This document shows positions 36,105 through 46,238 of a stretch of 46,592 nt of DNA, piece by piece (positions within the stretch are counted from its first letter, which is position 1; the number at the start of each line of letters is the position of its first letter). Both the position numbers and the translations under genes were made by a program. The notes under the pieces were generated by a model. It ran no database searches. It saw only the letters and a program-made list of their open reading frames with translations, and was not told where the DNA came from. Source of the DNA: Opitutia bacterium UBA3151 (GTDB lineage: Bacteria; Verrucomicrobiota; Verrucomicrobiia; Opitutales; Seribacteraceae); the NCBI GenBank assembly GCA_002364975.1, contig DEYT01000031.1, forward strand, positions 1 through 46,592, given 5' to 3'.

Positions 36105-37040
36105 TTATGGTTTTAACTTCTTCTGGAATTCTAAGGCTTCACGGGTTACTTCAAGATGCTTATCCTGGTTTACAATTATGAGTTCGCCGTTGAATATGCG
36201 ATCCCTAAGTTCCGGATTTTCTTGGTTCATAGATAGGAGTGCATCCTGCAGTATCTTCCGATCACTTTTGGAAAGGGTAGACCTAGCGCAAAGCGTGTGA
36301 GCAGGTACGGGGCCTTGTTCCTGGACAATTCGAAGTTGAGCTTTCTGAGAGTCATCCAAGTACTTATTATTTCCCTTGAAAACATAGTCGCTTACCGCGG
36401 CCGCTTCCACTTCTCCGCTCAATACTTTTTCAACGGCGGAAACATATCCAGTTCCATAGAGGGTTAACGAAAAGAAGTCGGTCAGAGAATTTTGGGATCC
36501 GATTAAGCCTTTTTTCATCATGTCCCAAGTAGGGATTAAATAACCAGATGTGCTAGAACGGCTGGCAAAAGCAACGGGTTTTCCTTCCAACTCATCTATA
36601 GAATTATATTCCTTATTCTTTTTTGAAAGCCAGATACTTTGGTAGTGAGGTTGTCCGTTTTTTAAGTGAACCAGCAGAATGTCCGCCGTCTCTTGACTAA
36701 GGTTTCTAGCCGCATCCGTGGAGCTTAAATATCCCAAGTCCAAAGTTCCGTTACGGAAGGATTCAACCACAACACTGGAATCGCTTGGAATCATCACCTC
36801 TACCGGTCGTTGTAATTCCTCAGAAAGATAAGCTTCAAGATCTTGTTTTTCAACGAGCATACTTGCAGGTTGTTTGTTTGCCTTGAGGGCAATGACCACT
36901 TTCTTCAGGCTGAGTGCTTTGTTATTTTCCTCCGATGGAAGATCGGAATCGGGACCTCCGCAAGAAAACACGCATAAAGTAAAAACTAGAAATAAAATGC
37001 GTAGGCGTGAGATGAAGGTAGGATTTTTTGAATTGGTCAT
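36105..37040 (-). CDS. phnD: PhnD/PtxB-family substrate-binding lipoprotein
   Basis: Lipobox VFSC; L.GKPVAFAS.SSTSGYLIP; GEVEAAAV; ATG 37040 preferred; clustered with phnC and phnE. Confidence 0.85.
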   Translation of the reverse strand: MTNSKNPTFISRLRILFLVFTLCVFSCGGPDSDLPSEENNKALSLKKVVIALKANKQPASMLVEKQDLEAYLSEELQRPVEVMIPSDSSVVVESFRNGTLDLGYLSSTDAARNLSQETADILLVHLKNGQPHYQSIWLSKKNKEYNSIDELEGKPVAFASRSSTSGYLIPTWDMMKKGLIGSQNSLTDFFSLTLYGTGYVSAVEKVLSGEVEAAAVSDYVFKGNNKYLDDSQKAQLRIVQEQGPVPAHTLCARSTLSKSDRKILQDALLSMNQENPELRDRIFNGELIIVNQDKHLEVTREALEFQKKLKP

Positions 37041-37052
37041 AAGGAAAATATT

Positions 37053-37077
37053 CTTATTGATACTCAGTCTCAATAAG
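37053..37077. promoter_or_regulatory. 12-1-12 palindromic operator, Fur-box-like, upstream of the phnD-like gene
   Basis: CTTATTGATACT-C-AGTCTCAATAAG, 11 of 12 arm positions complementary; core TGATACTcAGTCTCA resembles the Fur 7-1-7 TGATAATnATTATCA. Confidence 0.65.
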
Positions 37078-37129
37078 GAAAAACGCCTGACGGGTCAATG
37101 GGTGAATGTAAATTTAGCGAGGAAACTTT

Positions 37130-38419
37130 TTAAATTTCCAGTTTTTTCTTGATTACTTCCAGAGTAAATGCAGAGGGAGAGCCCTGCTTTTCCATCCACT
37201 GAATACAAGCGAGCTTTAATTCCTTCCTCCTGTTTTCACTTTTTGCAAGTTGAAGAAGTTGTTTTATCACTTCGCTGCGATCTTTGGTTTTTATTGCGGC
37301 TCTGTGTAAAAACATATCGGTACAAGTTTCATGGAAATTCTGGTAGTTTGGTCCGACCACTAAAGGGATGCCTAACGCAATCGGTTCGATTGGATTTTGC
37401 CCACCTTTATTTGGGGGTAGGGTTTTACCCATGAAGCCAAAATCAGCAACACCTACGAGACTTGCGAGTTCTCCAGTTGTATCCGCAAGGTAAACCACAT
37501 TTCCCCCCTTGGCATTTTTGTTTCTGGTTCTTACTTGGAAGGGGAGTTCACAAGTTTGCAGGGTGCCCACTACTTCCTCTCTTCTCTCTGCGTGCCTTGG
37601 AACGAGTAAAAGCCTGATGTCGAGATTTTCCAGGCGTAATGTCTGCACGATTTCGATAAGTAGTTTTTCTTCGCCCTTCCAAGTTGAGATACCAGCTAAA
37701 ACGATGGAGCTTTCTTCAAACCCAAATTCATCGATCAGTTGATTTCGCTTTGAGCTTTTAAAGCGATTCCGACCGACTGAATCAATTTTAAGATTTCCGG
37801 AAGTATAAATTTCTTTATCCGAAAGTCCCAATGCCTGCCATCTTGCGTATTGTCTCTCGGATGCAGTTACTACGGTTAGATTTTCGGGAAACAGGAGGGA
37901 GTGGAAGCATTTTAATTTAATCAGTCTGGAAAAAGTTCGATCGGATAACCTGGCATTGATGATGAATATTGGAATCCCTCTATCAGATGCCTGTTGAAAA
38001 TGTTCGGGCCACAATTCACTATCAACCATTATCACTAAGTCTGGATCAATCTGCTTCCATGCTAGGCTGGAAAAGAGAACCCAATCCAGAGGAAAAGGAC
38101 CATGGGCAGTCAGTAAATGACCAAATTTTGACTCCGCGAAATTCAAACCCGTACTGGTTGTTCCAGAGAGAACGATTTCAATATTCTTCTCCTCTGACAA
38201 AGAATTTAAAAGTTGTGAGATGGATGACACTTCCCCTACGCTAACCGCTTGTATCCAAATTCTTTTCACGCCTATCTTTTTAGGACCTAATTTAGGCCAT
38301 CTGCCCAAACGGTAGGCGATTTTATTTCCGTATCCACCCCGCCGAAGCATTCTCCTCAAGTAGTACGGAGAGAGCAGAATTGCGATGATAGGAAAAAAAA
38401 TGCGGTAGAATATGGACAA
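37130..38419 (-). CDS. waaA: 3-deoxy-D-manno-octulosonic acid transferase
   Basis: IWIQAVSVGE, SELWP, INARLSDR, VPRHAER, DTTGEL, GGQNPIEP, GPNYQNF. Confidence 0.95.
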   Translation of the reverse strand: MSIFYRIFFPIIAILLSPYYLRRMLRRGGYGNKIAYRLGRWPKLGPKKIGVKRIWIQAVSVGEVSSISQLLNSLSEEKNIEIVLSGTTSTGLNFAESKFGHLLTAHGPFPLDWVLFSSLAWKQIDPDLVIMVDSELWPEHFQQASDRGIPIFIINARLSDRTFSRLIKLKCFHSLLFPENLTVVTASERQYARWQALGLSDKEIYTSGNLKIDSVGRNRFKSSKRNQLIDEFGFEESSIVLAGISTWKGEEKLLIEIVQTLRLENLDIRLLLVPRHAERREEVVGTLQTCELPFQVRTRNKNAKGGNVVYLADTTGELASLVGVADFGFMGKTLPPNKGGQNPIEPIALGIPLVVGPNYQNFHETCTDMFLHRAAIKTKDRSEVIKQLLQLAKSENRRKELKLACIQWMEKQGSPSAFTLEVIKKKLEI

Positions 38420-38498
38420 AATAAATTGGATAATAGGCCTTTCTTTACCATTGCCAAATACAGGGAGGATACGAGATTATTCAACTCTTTTTGACTTT

Positions 38499-39305
38499 AT
38501 GGAGACTACAGACCGAATCACCCAACTTTTTTCTAAATGCAAGGATGCCAACCGAGCTGCTTTTATAGGCTATGTTTGTGCATGTGATCCAGATTTCGAC
38601 ACCTCGCTTGAAATCTGCCGTACCTTAATCGAAAACGGTGTGGATCTTTTGGAGCTTGGGGTTCCATTCTCGGACCCACTCGCGGATGGCCTAACGAACC
38701 AGTTAGCGGCACAAAGAGCATTGGAGTCAGGCTGCAAAGGTGAAGATGTATTGAGACTGGTTGGAGAAATTCGAAAGTTTTCCGAGATTCCGATCGTTTT
38801 CTACACTTATTATAATTTGATTTTCTCGCAAGGGGTTGAGGATTATGTAAGCAAAGCAAAAGATGTGGGTGTGGATGGCTTTCTTACTCTTGACCTTCCT
38901 CCTGAAGAATCCAAGGAGCTTGTGGAAGTTTCTCAAAAATTTAAAATTAAAAATATTTTCATTATTGCTCCTACCACTCCGGAGTCTCGAATTCCTAAGG
39001 TAGTCGAGCAAGCCGGTGGTTTCATTTATTATGTTTCAAGAGAAGGAGTAACCGGGGCAAGAGATGATTTAGCCAGTGATTTAGATCAGCGGGTATCCGC
39101 CATTCGTGAGCATACTGACTTGCCGGTTGTGGTGGGCTTTGGTATCTCGAGCCCGGAACAAGTTCGTGAAGTCGCCTCCTGCTCGGATGGGGTTGTTGTG
39201 GGGAGTGCTTTGGTCAATTGTATTTCTGAGAACTTGGGAAATTCTTCTCACATTGTCCAAAAGATTGGAGAGCGAGCTCGTTTGTTGACTACGGGATTGA
39301 TCTAA
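38499..39305 (+). CDS. trpA: Tryptophan synthase alpha chain
   Basis: LELGVPFSDPLADG, YYVSREGVTG, VGFGIS, DGVVVGSA; ATG 38499 avoids overlap with waaA. Confidence 0.97.
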   Translation: METTDRITQLFSKCKDANRAAFIGYVCACDPDFDTSLEICRTLIENGVDLLELGVPFSDPLADGLTNQLAAQRALESGCKGEDVLRLVGEIRKFSEIPIVFYTYYNLIFSQGVEDYVSKAKDVGVDGFLTLDLPPEESKELVEVSQKFKIKNIFIIAPTTPESRIPKVVEQAGGFIYYVSREGVTGARDDLASDLDQRVSAIREHTDLPVVVGFGISSPEQVREVASCSDGVVVGSALVNCISENLGNSSHIVQKIGERARLLTTGLI

Positions 39306-39328
39306 TCTCCGCAATAGGAGGTTTTGCA

Positions 39329-40270
39329 ATGTCTGAATCATCTCCAACCCTTTATTTCATAGCGGGGGTAACCGCAGTCGGGAAAACGAAAATAGCACTT
39401 GAGTGGGCGGAAGGAAACAATGCGGAAATTCTATCTTGTGATTCGATATCCATTTATCGTGGGATGGACATAGGCTCGGCCAAGCCAAGCCTTAAGGAAC
39501 AAAAGAGAGTTTCTCATCATGGTATCAATCTTTATCCAGTCGATAAACCTTGTGATGTCGGACAATATGCGAGTTACGCACAAGAAAAAGTAAGGGAGAT
39601 TCAGCAAAGGGGAAATACCGTCCTCGTCGTCGGAGGCAGTGGGTTTTATCTGCAATCTTTTTTTTCGCCTGTGGTGGATCAGGTTGAAGTTTCAGTTCAA
39701 GTCCGGGAAGAAGTTGAAATCTTTTATAAAGAAAATGGCTTGCATGCCGTTTGTGATCGGTTGTTAGCCTTAAATCCGAGAGGACTTGGGGATTTGGACA
39801 GGCTCAATCCAAGAAGAGTAATCAGGTCACTCGAGCGTTGTATATCTTCGGGTAAATCACTTGAAGAGCTCAAGGATGCATTCCAGAAATTGCCTAAACC
39901 CTATCCCCAATTCGATAAGAAAGTAGTCTGGTTAGATCGTGAGAACAGTGACTTGGAGGAGAGAATTTCAAGAAGGACTCAAGAAATGTTAGATTCAGGC
40001 CTCCTGGAGGAAACACGAGAAATCCTGAACCACGGACTTTCTAATAACAGTGCCGCTTCTGCTTCCATCGGATACAGAGAGGCGATCGCTTGCCTTGGGG
40101 GTGACATACCAGAAGCAGAATTAGGGTCCAAAATTAATTTATCCACTCGTAAACTTGTATCCAAGCAGCGAAAGTGGTTTCGAAAACATCTTCCTAGAGG
40201 TTCATTCATCAGCATACCAAAGGGAAAAACTCTGCAGTTTCACGATTTACTTTGGATTACGGATACTTGA
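39329..40270 (+). CDS. miaA: tRNA dimethylallyltransferase
   Basis: GVTAVGKT, DSISIYRGMDIGSAKP, VGGSGFY, IGYRE, KQRKWF; GGAGG RBS. Confidence 0.96.
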   Translation: MSESSPTLYFIAGVTAVGKTKIALEWAEGNNAEILSCDSISIYRGMDIGSAKPSLKEQKRVSHHGINLYPVDKPCDVGQYASYAQEKVREIQQRGNTVLVVGGSGFYLQSFFSPVVDQVEVSVQVREEVEIFYKENGLHAVCDRLLALNPRGLGDLDRLNPRRVIRSLERCISSGKSLEELKDAFQKLPKPYPQFDKKVVWLDRENSDLEERISRRTQEMLDSGLLEETREILNHGLSNNSAASASIGYREAIACLGGDIPEAELGSKINLSTRKLVSKQRKWFRKHLPRGSFISIPKGKTLQFHDLLWITDT

Positions 40271-40329
40271 CCATTCTCTATTCCTTTGGCTAAATTGTAT
40301 TTGTTCGTTATTTTCATCACTAATATTAC

Positions 40330-41148
40330 ATGCAAGCCCTCCGAAAAATAGCTATTATCAGCAATGCCTCGAAAGAAGGTGCTGAGGATGCAGGTTTACA
40401 TTTGAAAACATTAGCTGAAAATCATGGATTAGAAGTTGTTATCACGGAGGAGTTTCCTGCACCGGATGGATTTCTTAAAGGAACGGATGCTTGTTTTGTA
40501 ATGGGGGGGGATGGAACTTTATTAAGCCTCATGGAACAGGCAGTGAACCAGGAGGTACCGGTAGCAGGAGTACGTTATGGAAAGCTCGGTTTTTTAGCCA
40601 CTTTTTCACCCGAGGAGTTAAATGTGCAAATGCCCAAAATTTTCGATGGTGCTTATAAAGTTTGTCATCGAAGTCTTTTATCCTTTAAGCAAAAATCTGG
40701 AAAGAGCTGCTTGGCGCTAAACGACTTGGTTGTCAAAAGTGGTTCTAATGGTCGTCTCGCTCGTTTTTCAGTTTTCGCAGGGGACGAACTAGTTGCGGAC
40801 TATGCTTGCGATGGAATCGTATTTTCAACCCCAACCGGTTCAACCGCTTACAATTTAGCTGCTGGTGGACCTGTCGCACATCCTGATGCAAGGGTTGTCT
40901 TGATGACCCCTATTTCTGCCCATACCTTAACCAGTCGGAGCGTGGTCTTTCCCAGCGGGGTTACCTTGCGAATTCATGCGTTTGACAACCCGGATCCGCC
41001 TTTAGTATCAGCAGATGGCCAAACCGTTTTTGATCCTTACCCTCAATTCCCCCTTGAGGTCTCCGCTGCAGAATCTACTTTCCCACTTCTCGAGGAAATG
41101 AATCATTCTCATTTTCGGGTATTGAGAAATAAATTGAAGTGGGATTAA
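40330..41148 (+). CDS. nadK: NAD kinase
   Basis: GGDGTLL, GKLGFL, ALND, DGIVFSTPTGSTAYNLAAGGP. Confidence 0.96.
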   Translation: MQALRKIAIISNASKEGAEDAGLHLKTLAENHGLEVVITEEFPAPDGFLKGTDACFVMGGDGTLLSLMEQAVNQEVPVAGVRYGKLGFLATFSPEELNVQMPKIFDGAYKVCHRSLLSFKQKSGKSCLALNDLVVKSGSNGRLARFSVFAGDELVADYACDGIVFSTPTGSTAYNLAAGGPVAHPDARVVLMTPISAHTLTSRSVVFPSGVTLRIHAFDNPDPPLVSADGQTVFDPYPQFPLEVSAAESTFPLLEEMNHSHFRVLRNKLKWD

Positions 41149-41182
41149 CACATTGGGCTTAAAAGAATAACTTTCTACTAAA

Positions 41183-42826
41183 ATGCTTTCTTCTGGTACC
41201 CGCATTGGCCCTTCCCGTATCGAGTCTTGGTTAGGAGATGGATCTTGCGGTCAGAGTTATGAAAGTGTTGAGATGGAAGGCGAAGCCAAAGGAAGCAAAG
41301 TATATGTGAAGCTCATTCCCCGTGAGATATCGGAAAGAAAAGGCTTTAGCGATTATTTTCTTCAAGAGTGCCAAGCTCTTGAGCAACTTGCTGGACCAGG
41401 AATTTGGCCGGTTCAAAAATTCGGGGTTATGAAGTGGAAGCATTGGGCTTATTACCCTTGGTTGGACGGCAGAAAGATCAAGGTTAAAAAAGTTGTGAAA
41501 CCCGATCACGAGGAGGAAGAAGAAATTGAAGTTTCTCTTAGAACGCTTGCCGATTTCTTGGAAAATGATCCGGAAAAAATTAATCCAGACACCGTTCTTG
41601 ATATTATGACCGGTTTGCATCAAGGCATTAATCGAGCCCATCTAAGCGGAGTGGTGCACGGTAATCTAAAACCCAGTAATATTCTTATTCAAAATAACTC
41701 AGATGGAGATTATGAATCCTGGGCTACCGAATTCGGACTTTGGAAGATGAAAGCCTATGTTGGGATTGGTGGGGAAGAGGATGCCGCATCGGTGGTAAGC
41801 ACGAATCTTGAAGTGCAAGCTTCCATTGAAAAAACCGCATATTTTCGACCCGAAGGGCAGTCTTCATCTGAATTGCCCTCGGAGGCATCGGATCTTTTCG
41901 CAGTCGGGAAACTAGTCATCTGGATCATCGAAAAGAAAAAAGCTCAATCTTCTTCTGAATGGAGTGAGTGGTTGGAATGGGCAAACCAAGCGACTTCCAA
42001 GAAAGGCTTTCGCGATATTGCAGTTTCGATGCAGTCCATGCCAGGCATGGTCGACATATCAGATTTTGGCATGAAGGTTAAGGATAGTGGAAATGAACCC
42101 ACAATTAATGATGATGAGGTTCGAATCAAGCGGAAGCGAGAGTGGGATCTTACCGAGAAACTAGAATCCCTGCGATTTCGTCGTAATATGACGGGCCTAG
42201 TAGGAGGAATTTGCTTATTGAGCTCATTATTTACTAGTCTCTATACCACTTTCTGGCCGAGGCCATGGTCTGAGTATTCCATCGATGGAATCTTGGACAG
42301 TTATCAATTAGGCTTGGGAGTCTGGAGTGGTCAAGCTTGGGGAATTGTACCCGCCGCATACGACAATAATGACAAAGGGGGGCAAAATGTGGTTGGGGAG
42401 TGGGAAAAAGAAGAAGGCTTATTTAAACTGAGCTTTAGAAAATTCAAGATCAACCCAAAGGAGGAAGGGGATAAGAAACTCTGGCAGTACATTGGCACCG
42501 GTAAAACAAGCCCGGATGACTATCACAATTGGCAGGATTACCTCCGTTTCGATCAAGGTAGTGAATCCTTGATTTTGGTTAAGAGAGTGGATGAGCACAA
42601 TGAGTATAGGCCGGGAAGATTGGGAGACTCAGCACCAAGGTTGTTTCCTGTGGAAAGATTCAAGGCTGAAGATACCAAAATTATTGCAGCAGAGCTGGCA
42701 TTTGTTAATCAAGATAGAAATGGAGTCAGTTGGGTTTTGTTTTTCTCGATTGTTTTTTTACTTTTAACTTCTATTTATCATCGGGAAATGAAGAAAACTG
42801 AAATAGAGCAAAGCGGAAATGGTTGA
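41183..42826 (+). CDS. Membrane-anchored Hanks-type protein kinase-like protein, probable pseudokinase
   Basis: LGDGSCG, VYVK, FLQE, HGNLKPSNILI, TEFG, SDLFAVG; two TM helices flank an extracytoplasmic domain. Confidence 0.8.
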   Translation: MLSSGTRIGPSRIESWLGDGSCGQSYESVEMEGEAKGSKVYVKLIPREISERKGFSDYFLQECQALEQLAGPGIWPVQKFGVMKWKHWAYYPWLDGRKIKVKKVVKPDHEEEEEIEVSLRTLADFLENDPEKINPDTVLDIMTGLHQGINRAHLSGVVHGNLKPSNILIQNNSDGDYESWATEFGLWKMKAYVGIGGEEDAASVVSTNLEVQASIEKTAYFRPEGQSSSELPSEASDLFAVGKLVIWIIEKKKAQSSSEWSEWLEWANQATSKKGFRDIAVSMQSMPGMVDISDFGMKVKDSGNEPTINDDEVRIKRKREWDLTEKLESLRFRRNMTGLVGGICLLSSLFTSLYTTFWPRPWSEYSIDGILDSYQLGLGVWSGQAWGIVPAAYDNNDKGGQNVVGEWEKEEGLFKLSFRKFKINPKEEGDKKLWQYIGTGKTSPDDYHNWQDYLRFDQGSESLILVKRVDEHNEYRPGRLGDSAPRLFPVERFKAEDTKIIAAELAFVNQDRNGVSWVLFFSIVFLLLTSIYHREMKKTEIEQSGNG

Positions 42827-43626
42827 ATTTGTCTCTTCCTGTCATTAATCAACAACATATGACATTCCGTCTATTGAATGCCTTAAAAAGGAATCTAGTT
42901 GTCGTTGGTTTGCTTTGCTTAGTTTCCTGTTCTAATCAGTCTCCAGTTGGAGATTACAGTGGGGAGATTAAAGATTGGGTTCACGAGGTTTTTAGGGGAA
43001 AATATATTACTTCGAGCAACGAAAGCCCAATTGATTTGATTCTTCGTCAAACCCCAAACGGGATGCTTGCTGAAATGACTTTTAGCCATCCCAAAATTAA
43101 AACGGTTAAAAGAACTGGTACTTGGGAGGTGGGAGATGGGGAAAGAGTTATTCGCTTTGAGGATGGCAAAAGCCCATCTGAATTTTTTTTGATCAAGCGG
43201 GGAGTTCGGTTTGCTTTTCAAACCAAAGAGGGCTTAAGTAATGAAGATGGATCTCCGATTCTACTAATAAGAAATGTGGGTGCATCGAGGAAAGCCGCTT
43301 ATCCTTTACGAATTAAGTTTATGGATGGTGGAGATGCGATGGTTGAGGGAGGAGCTGCAAGATCTACCATGTCCGGTGAATGGAGGCAAGCAGGGCAGGG
43401 ATTTGTTGTGGTAACCCAACTGCCCCCCGATCGAAATGATGACCTTGGAGATGAGGCCCTTGAGACCTATAAATATTTTTTAGAATGGGCCGGCGACGAA
43501 TCTAGGGATTTAGTTTTAAAGAAAATTGTTCTGATGAGGCCTTTCTTGAGAAAAGATGGTTCCAAGAGGCAGAGCTGGATGAGTTCGTTGATTTTTGCTG
43601 ATAATCCTAGGCTTAAATTGAAATAA
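42823..43626 (+). CDS. Hypothetical lipoprotein with beta-barrel-like repeats
   Basis: Lipobox LVSC; GDYSG, GTWEV and GEWRQ NlpE/lipocalin-like elements; start 42823 (TTG) or 42859 (ATG). Confidence 0.65.
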   Translation: MNLSLPVINQQHMTFRLLNALKRNLVVVGLLCLVSCSNQSPVGDYSGEIKDWVHEVFRGKYITSSNESPIDLILRQTPNGMLAEMTFSHPKIKTVKRTGTWEVGDGERVIRFEDGKSPSEFFLIKRGVRFAFQTKEGLSNEDGSPILLIRNVGASRKAAYPLRIKFMDGGDAMVEGGAARSTMSGEWRQAGQGFVVVTQLPPDRNDDLGDEALETYKYFLEWAGDESRDLVLKKIVLMRPFLRKDGSKRQSWMSSLIFADNPRLKLK

Positions 43627-43711
43627 AAAGATTGGTTCTTCGAGTAAGTCTAAAGTTTGACGTCCTCGCTAAGTTTAGTAATGTAATAACCTTTTTTTCA
43701 GCAAGCTTTAC

Positions 43712-46237
43712 ATGATTACTGCCCTCCAAAATTTTATATCTAGAAAAGGAAAACCCGTTTTCTTATTTCTCTTAATCGTTGTCTGTGTTTCCTTTGTCCT
43801 GTACCTCTCCCAAGGTACTTCGATCTTTGATTTCATGCCGGATCCCAACCGTGAGAAAAAAGAGTTTTATGGAACCGACTTAAATGACCCAGAACAAAGG
43901 AGAGTTCTGTCGGTTACCAATAAAGTCGCGGCCGACTTGGGTGCGATTATCAGTCCGACCCGAGAAGTCTTAAAAGAAGCGGATATTCGATATTTTGAAA
44001 ACTTACAGGCCCGACTAAGGGCCGCATATCAGCCAGAAAATCGCGATAAAATTGATCAAGAAGCCTTGCAGAGCATGTTTGGCTACATGCAGTCGTGGCG
44101 AAATTTCCCGGATGCAGTTAAGGTAATGGCGATTGCTCGAAGCGGTGATTACGACTACGAATTTTCAGAGTCATCCATCCGGGCGAAGATAATTATGGAT
44201 AGTTTGGCTGAGGATTTTGGTTTTTTACCTTTGGTGCTAAATGATTCAGCAATCAATTCTCTCTACCACAATTTTATAAATCAGATGAACCCTATGCTTG
44301 CAGATGACGAAAACCGCTCGAATGCCTTCCAGAATCTAGCCAGATTACGCGGGGTTGCGCCAAGAGATGTAGATTCCATCCTCTACGAACATTACCGGGC
44401 CCACCAGATCGATCGAATTTTTACAAATTCAGGATATTCTTTAGACTTGGAAGGTGAAATTGAATTACATCGGGATCAATTTGCATGGGATGCAGAGGCT
44501 ATCTCGTTTTCTTCCGATGATTTTGATTTCAATGAACCCTACTTCTTTACCGTCAAGCTCGAAGCACAGCCCAGTCCAGGGGAGCATTTAGCAATTGATC
44601 TGGGTGGCAACAAAGCTACTTTTGAATTTACTGCTTCCAGTAAAGAAGCCAATGGTTCGAAGTATTTTGTATCGATTGGTAAAGATAGATCGGCTTCCCT
44701 TAAAGAACTGAGTCTGGTCATGGATTCTTCCAGCCTTGGAGTGAAAGGTAGTATTTCTGAAAATGTTCTTTCCGTTATGAGTGATGGCAGTACGCTATCT
44801 TCCAAAATCCCTTCTTTTCGAACGAATGCATCCACGATAAAAGTTGTTTTTGCTTTGCAAGAAGAATTGGAATCTTTTCACGAGGAAGTAAAGCTGGACG
44901 CTAGATTTGTTCAACCTGCTCGCACATATGCCACGGTTGTAAGCTTTGAGTCAGGCGATTTTTATACTCCCCTGCCTGAGCCGGATGAGGCACGCATGCG
45001 ATCGTATTTTGAGCGTAATAAGATGCTCTTTGAACCTTTGCCTCCTATGCCCTCCATCGATTCGATCAAGGAAGATGCAGGGGCGAAGGGGCCTACTGGT
45101 GAGAAAGGAAAAGAGAGCGAAACAAACAGTAGCCAAATAGAGCAAGTAGACTTATCCACCTTGGAAATTGATTTGGAAGAACAAACAAATCCAAAAGTGG
45201 TATCTTTTGAAGAAGTAAAAGAAGAGGTCATGAAGCGAATTATGGAAGGGGATAAGATTGATGCTGAAAGAGAAGCGGCTGAACTAACCCAACAAGCTGC
45301 ATTAGACTTTCTTGATTCAATCAATTCCATTGGAGAAAAAGCCCGTTCTCAATTTCCAAATTACCAAGAGTTTAGGAATTCAAAAGAACTGGAGAAACTT
45401 ATTATGACTTCAGGTGCCAAGTTGAAAAAGATTTCCTTTGCAAAACGGGATATGGCCATTCAGTCGAAGGTTCTAGGCCTAGAGACAAGAGAAAATGAAA
45501 GAAGAACAAACCGTGATCCTTTGGTTGAAGTCGATGCTCTCAACAACAAGCTTTTCTTTACAAGATCCATTCGGAAATCGAAAGATGGCTATGTAGTTTT
45601 TATTTTGGATCGAAAGACCGAAGAGGAACCCAGTCAATTTAATGAAGTTGAATTCTCTACTCTATACGCTGAGTTTGTTAAAAAGCAAAGGGCAAATGCG
45701 TTTGGAAAATGGATCGATCAAGAATTTGAAAAACTTGTTCAAGGCAATTTCGAACTTGGTGAAGCTCAAACCTTGAATTTGAATGCCAAAAGCTCCCAAG
45801 CGGTCCGAGCCTCCTATGATGCTAAAAGTTCTAAGATCCGAAATCAACTCCGTGAGCTTCAGGATGAAAGAACTGAAATTTCTTCTGCGGAGCGTGAATC
45901 CAATGCCACAGCTCAGCAAAAACAAAGAAAAGTGGTTCTCGACCAGGAAATCGAAGATCTGCGTGAAAGCCAAGCGGCAGTAAACCGCGAAAGATTATTG
46001 GCCAATCAATTATTGGATGTTGTGAATACCTTGAAGCCCGATGGTGTTTGGGTAGAGCAAGAAAGGACAGAGGAGAGTGTATTGTTTGTACGTTTGAATG
46101 GGGTTTACACACTTCGAGCTAAGAAAGCAGACCCAGAACTGATTACTGGAAGGGTTCGTGATTTGGAGTATTCACGATCAGAAAATGTTCGGAGTTTATT
46201 GGTGGATGACTTGATTGCTGCCGGTCTTAATCCATAA
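43712..46237 (+). CDS. SurA N-terminal domain / PpiD-like membrane-anchored chaperone
   Basis: MITALQN..., N-terminal TM anchor, E..MRSYFERNK..F, SFEEVKEEV, DGYVVFIL; PPIase active site not recognisable. Confidence 0.6.
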   Translation: MITALQNFISRKGKPVFLFLLIVVCVSFVLYLSQGTSIFDFMPDPNREKKEFYGTDLNDPEQRRVLSVTNKVAADLGAIISPTREVLKEADIRYFENLQARLRAAYQPENRDKIDQEALQSMFGYMQSWRNFPDAVKVMAIARSGDYDYEFSESSIRAKIIMDSLAEDFGFLPLVLNDSAINSLYHNFINQMNPMLADDENRSNAFQNLARLRGVAPRDVDSILYEHYRAHQIDRIFTNSGYSLDLEGEIELHRDQFAWDAEAISFSSDDFDFNEPYFFTVKLEAQPSPGEHLAIDLGGNKATFEFTASSKEANGSKYFVSIGKDRSASLKELSLVMDSSSLGVKGSISENVLSVMSDGSTLSSKIPSFRTNASTIKVVFALQEELESFHEEVKLDARFVQPARTYATVVSFESGDFYTPLPEPDEARMRSYFERNKMLFEPLPPMPSIDSIKEDAGAKGPTGEKGKESETNSSQIEQVDLSTLEIDLEEQTNPKVVSFEEVKEEVMKRIMEGDKIDAEREAAELTQQAALDFLDSINSIGEKARSQFPNYQEFRNSKELEKLIMTSGAKLKKISFAKRDMAIQSKVLGLETRENERRTNRDPLVEVDALNNKLFFTRSIRKSKDGYVVFILDRKTEEEPSQFNEVEFSTLYAEFVKKQRANAFGKWIDQEFEKLVQGNFELGEAQTLNLNAKSSQAVRASYDAKSSKIRNQLRELQDERTEISSAERESNATAQQKQRKVVLDQEIEDLRESQAAVNRERLLANQLLDVVNTLKPDGVWVEQERTEESVLFVRLNGVYTLRAKKADPELITGRVRDLEYSRSENVRSLLVDDLIAAGLNP

Positions 46238-46238
46238 A

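Noticed and set aside
38499-39305. trpA without adjacent trpB
   Set aside because: Dispersed trp genes are common in many bacteria; not informative
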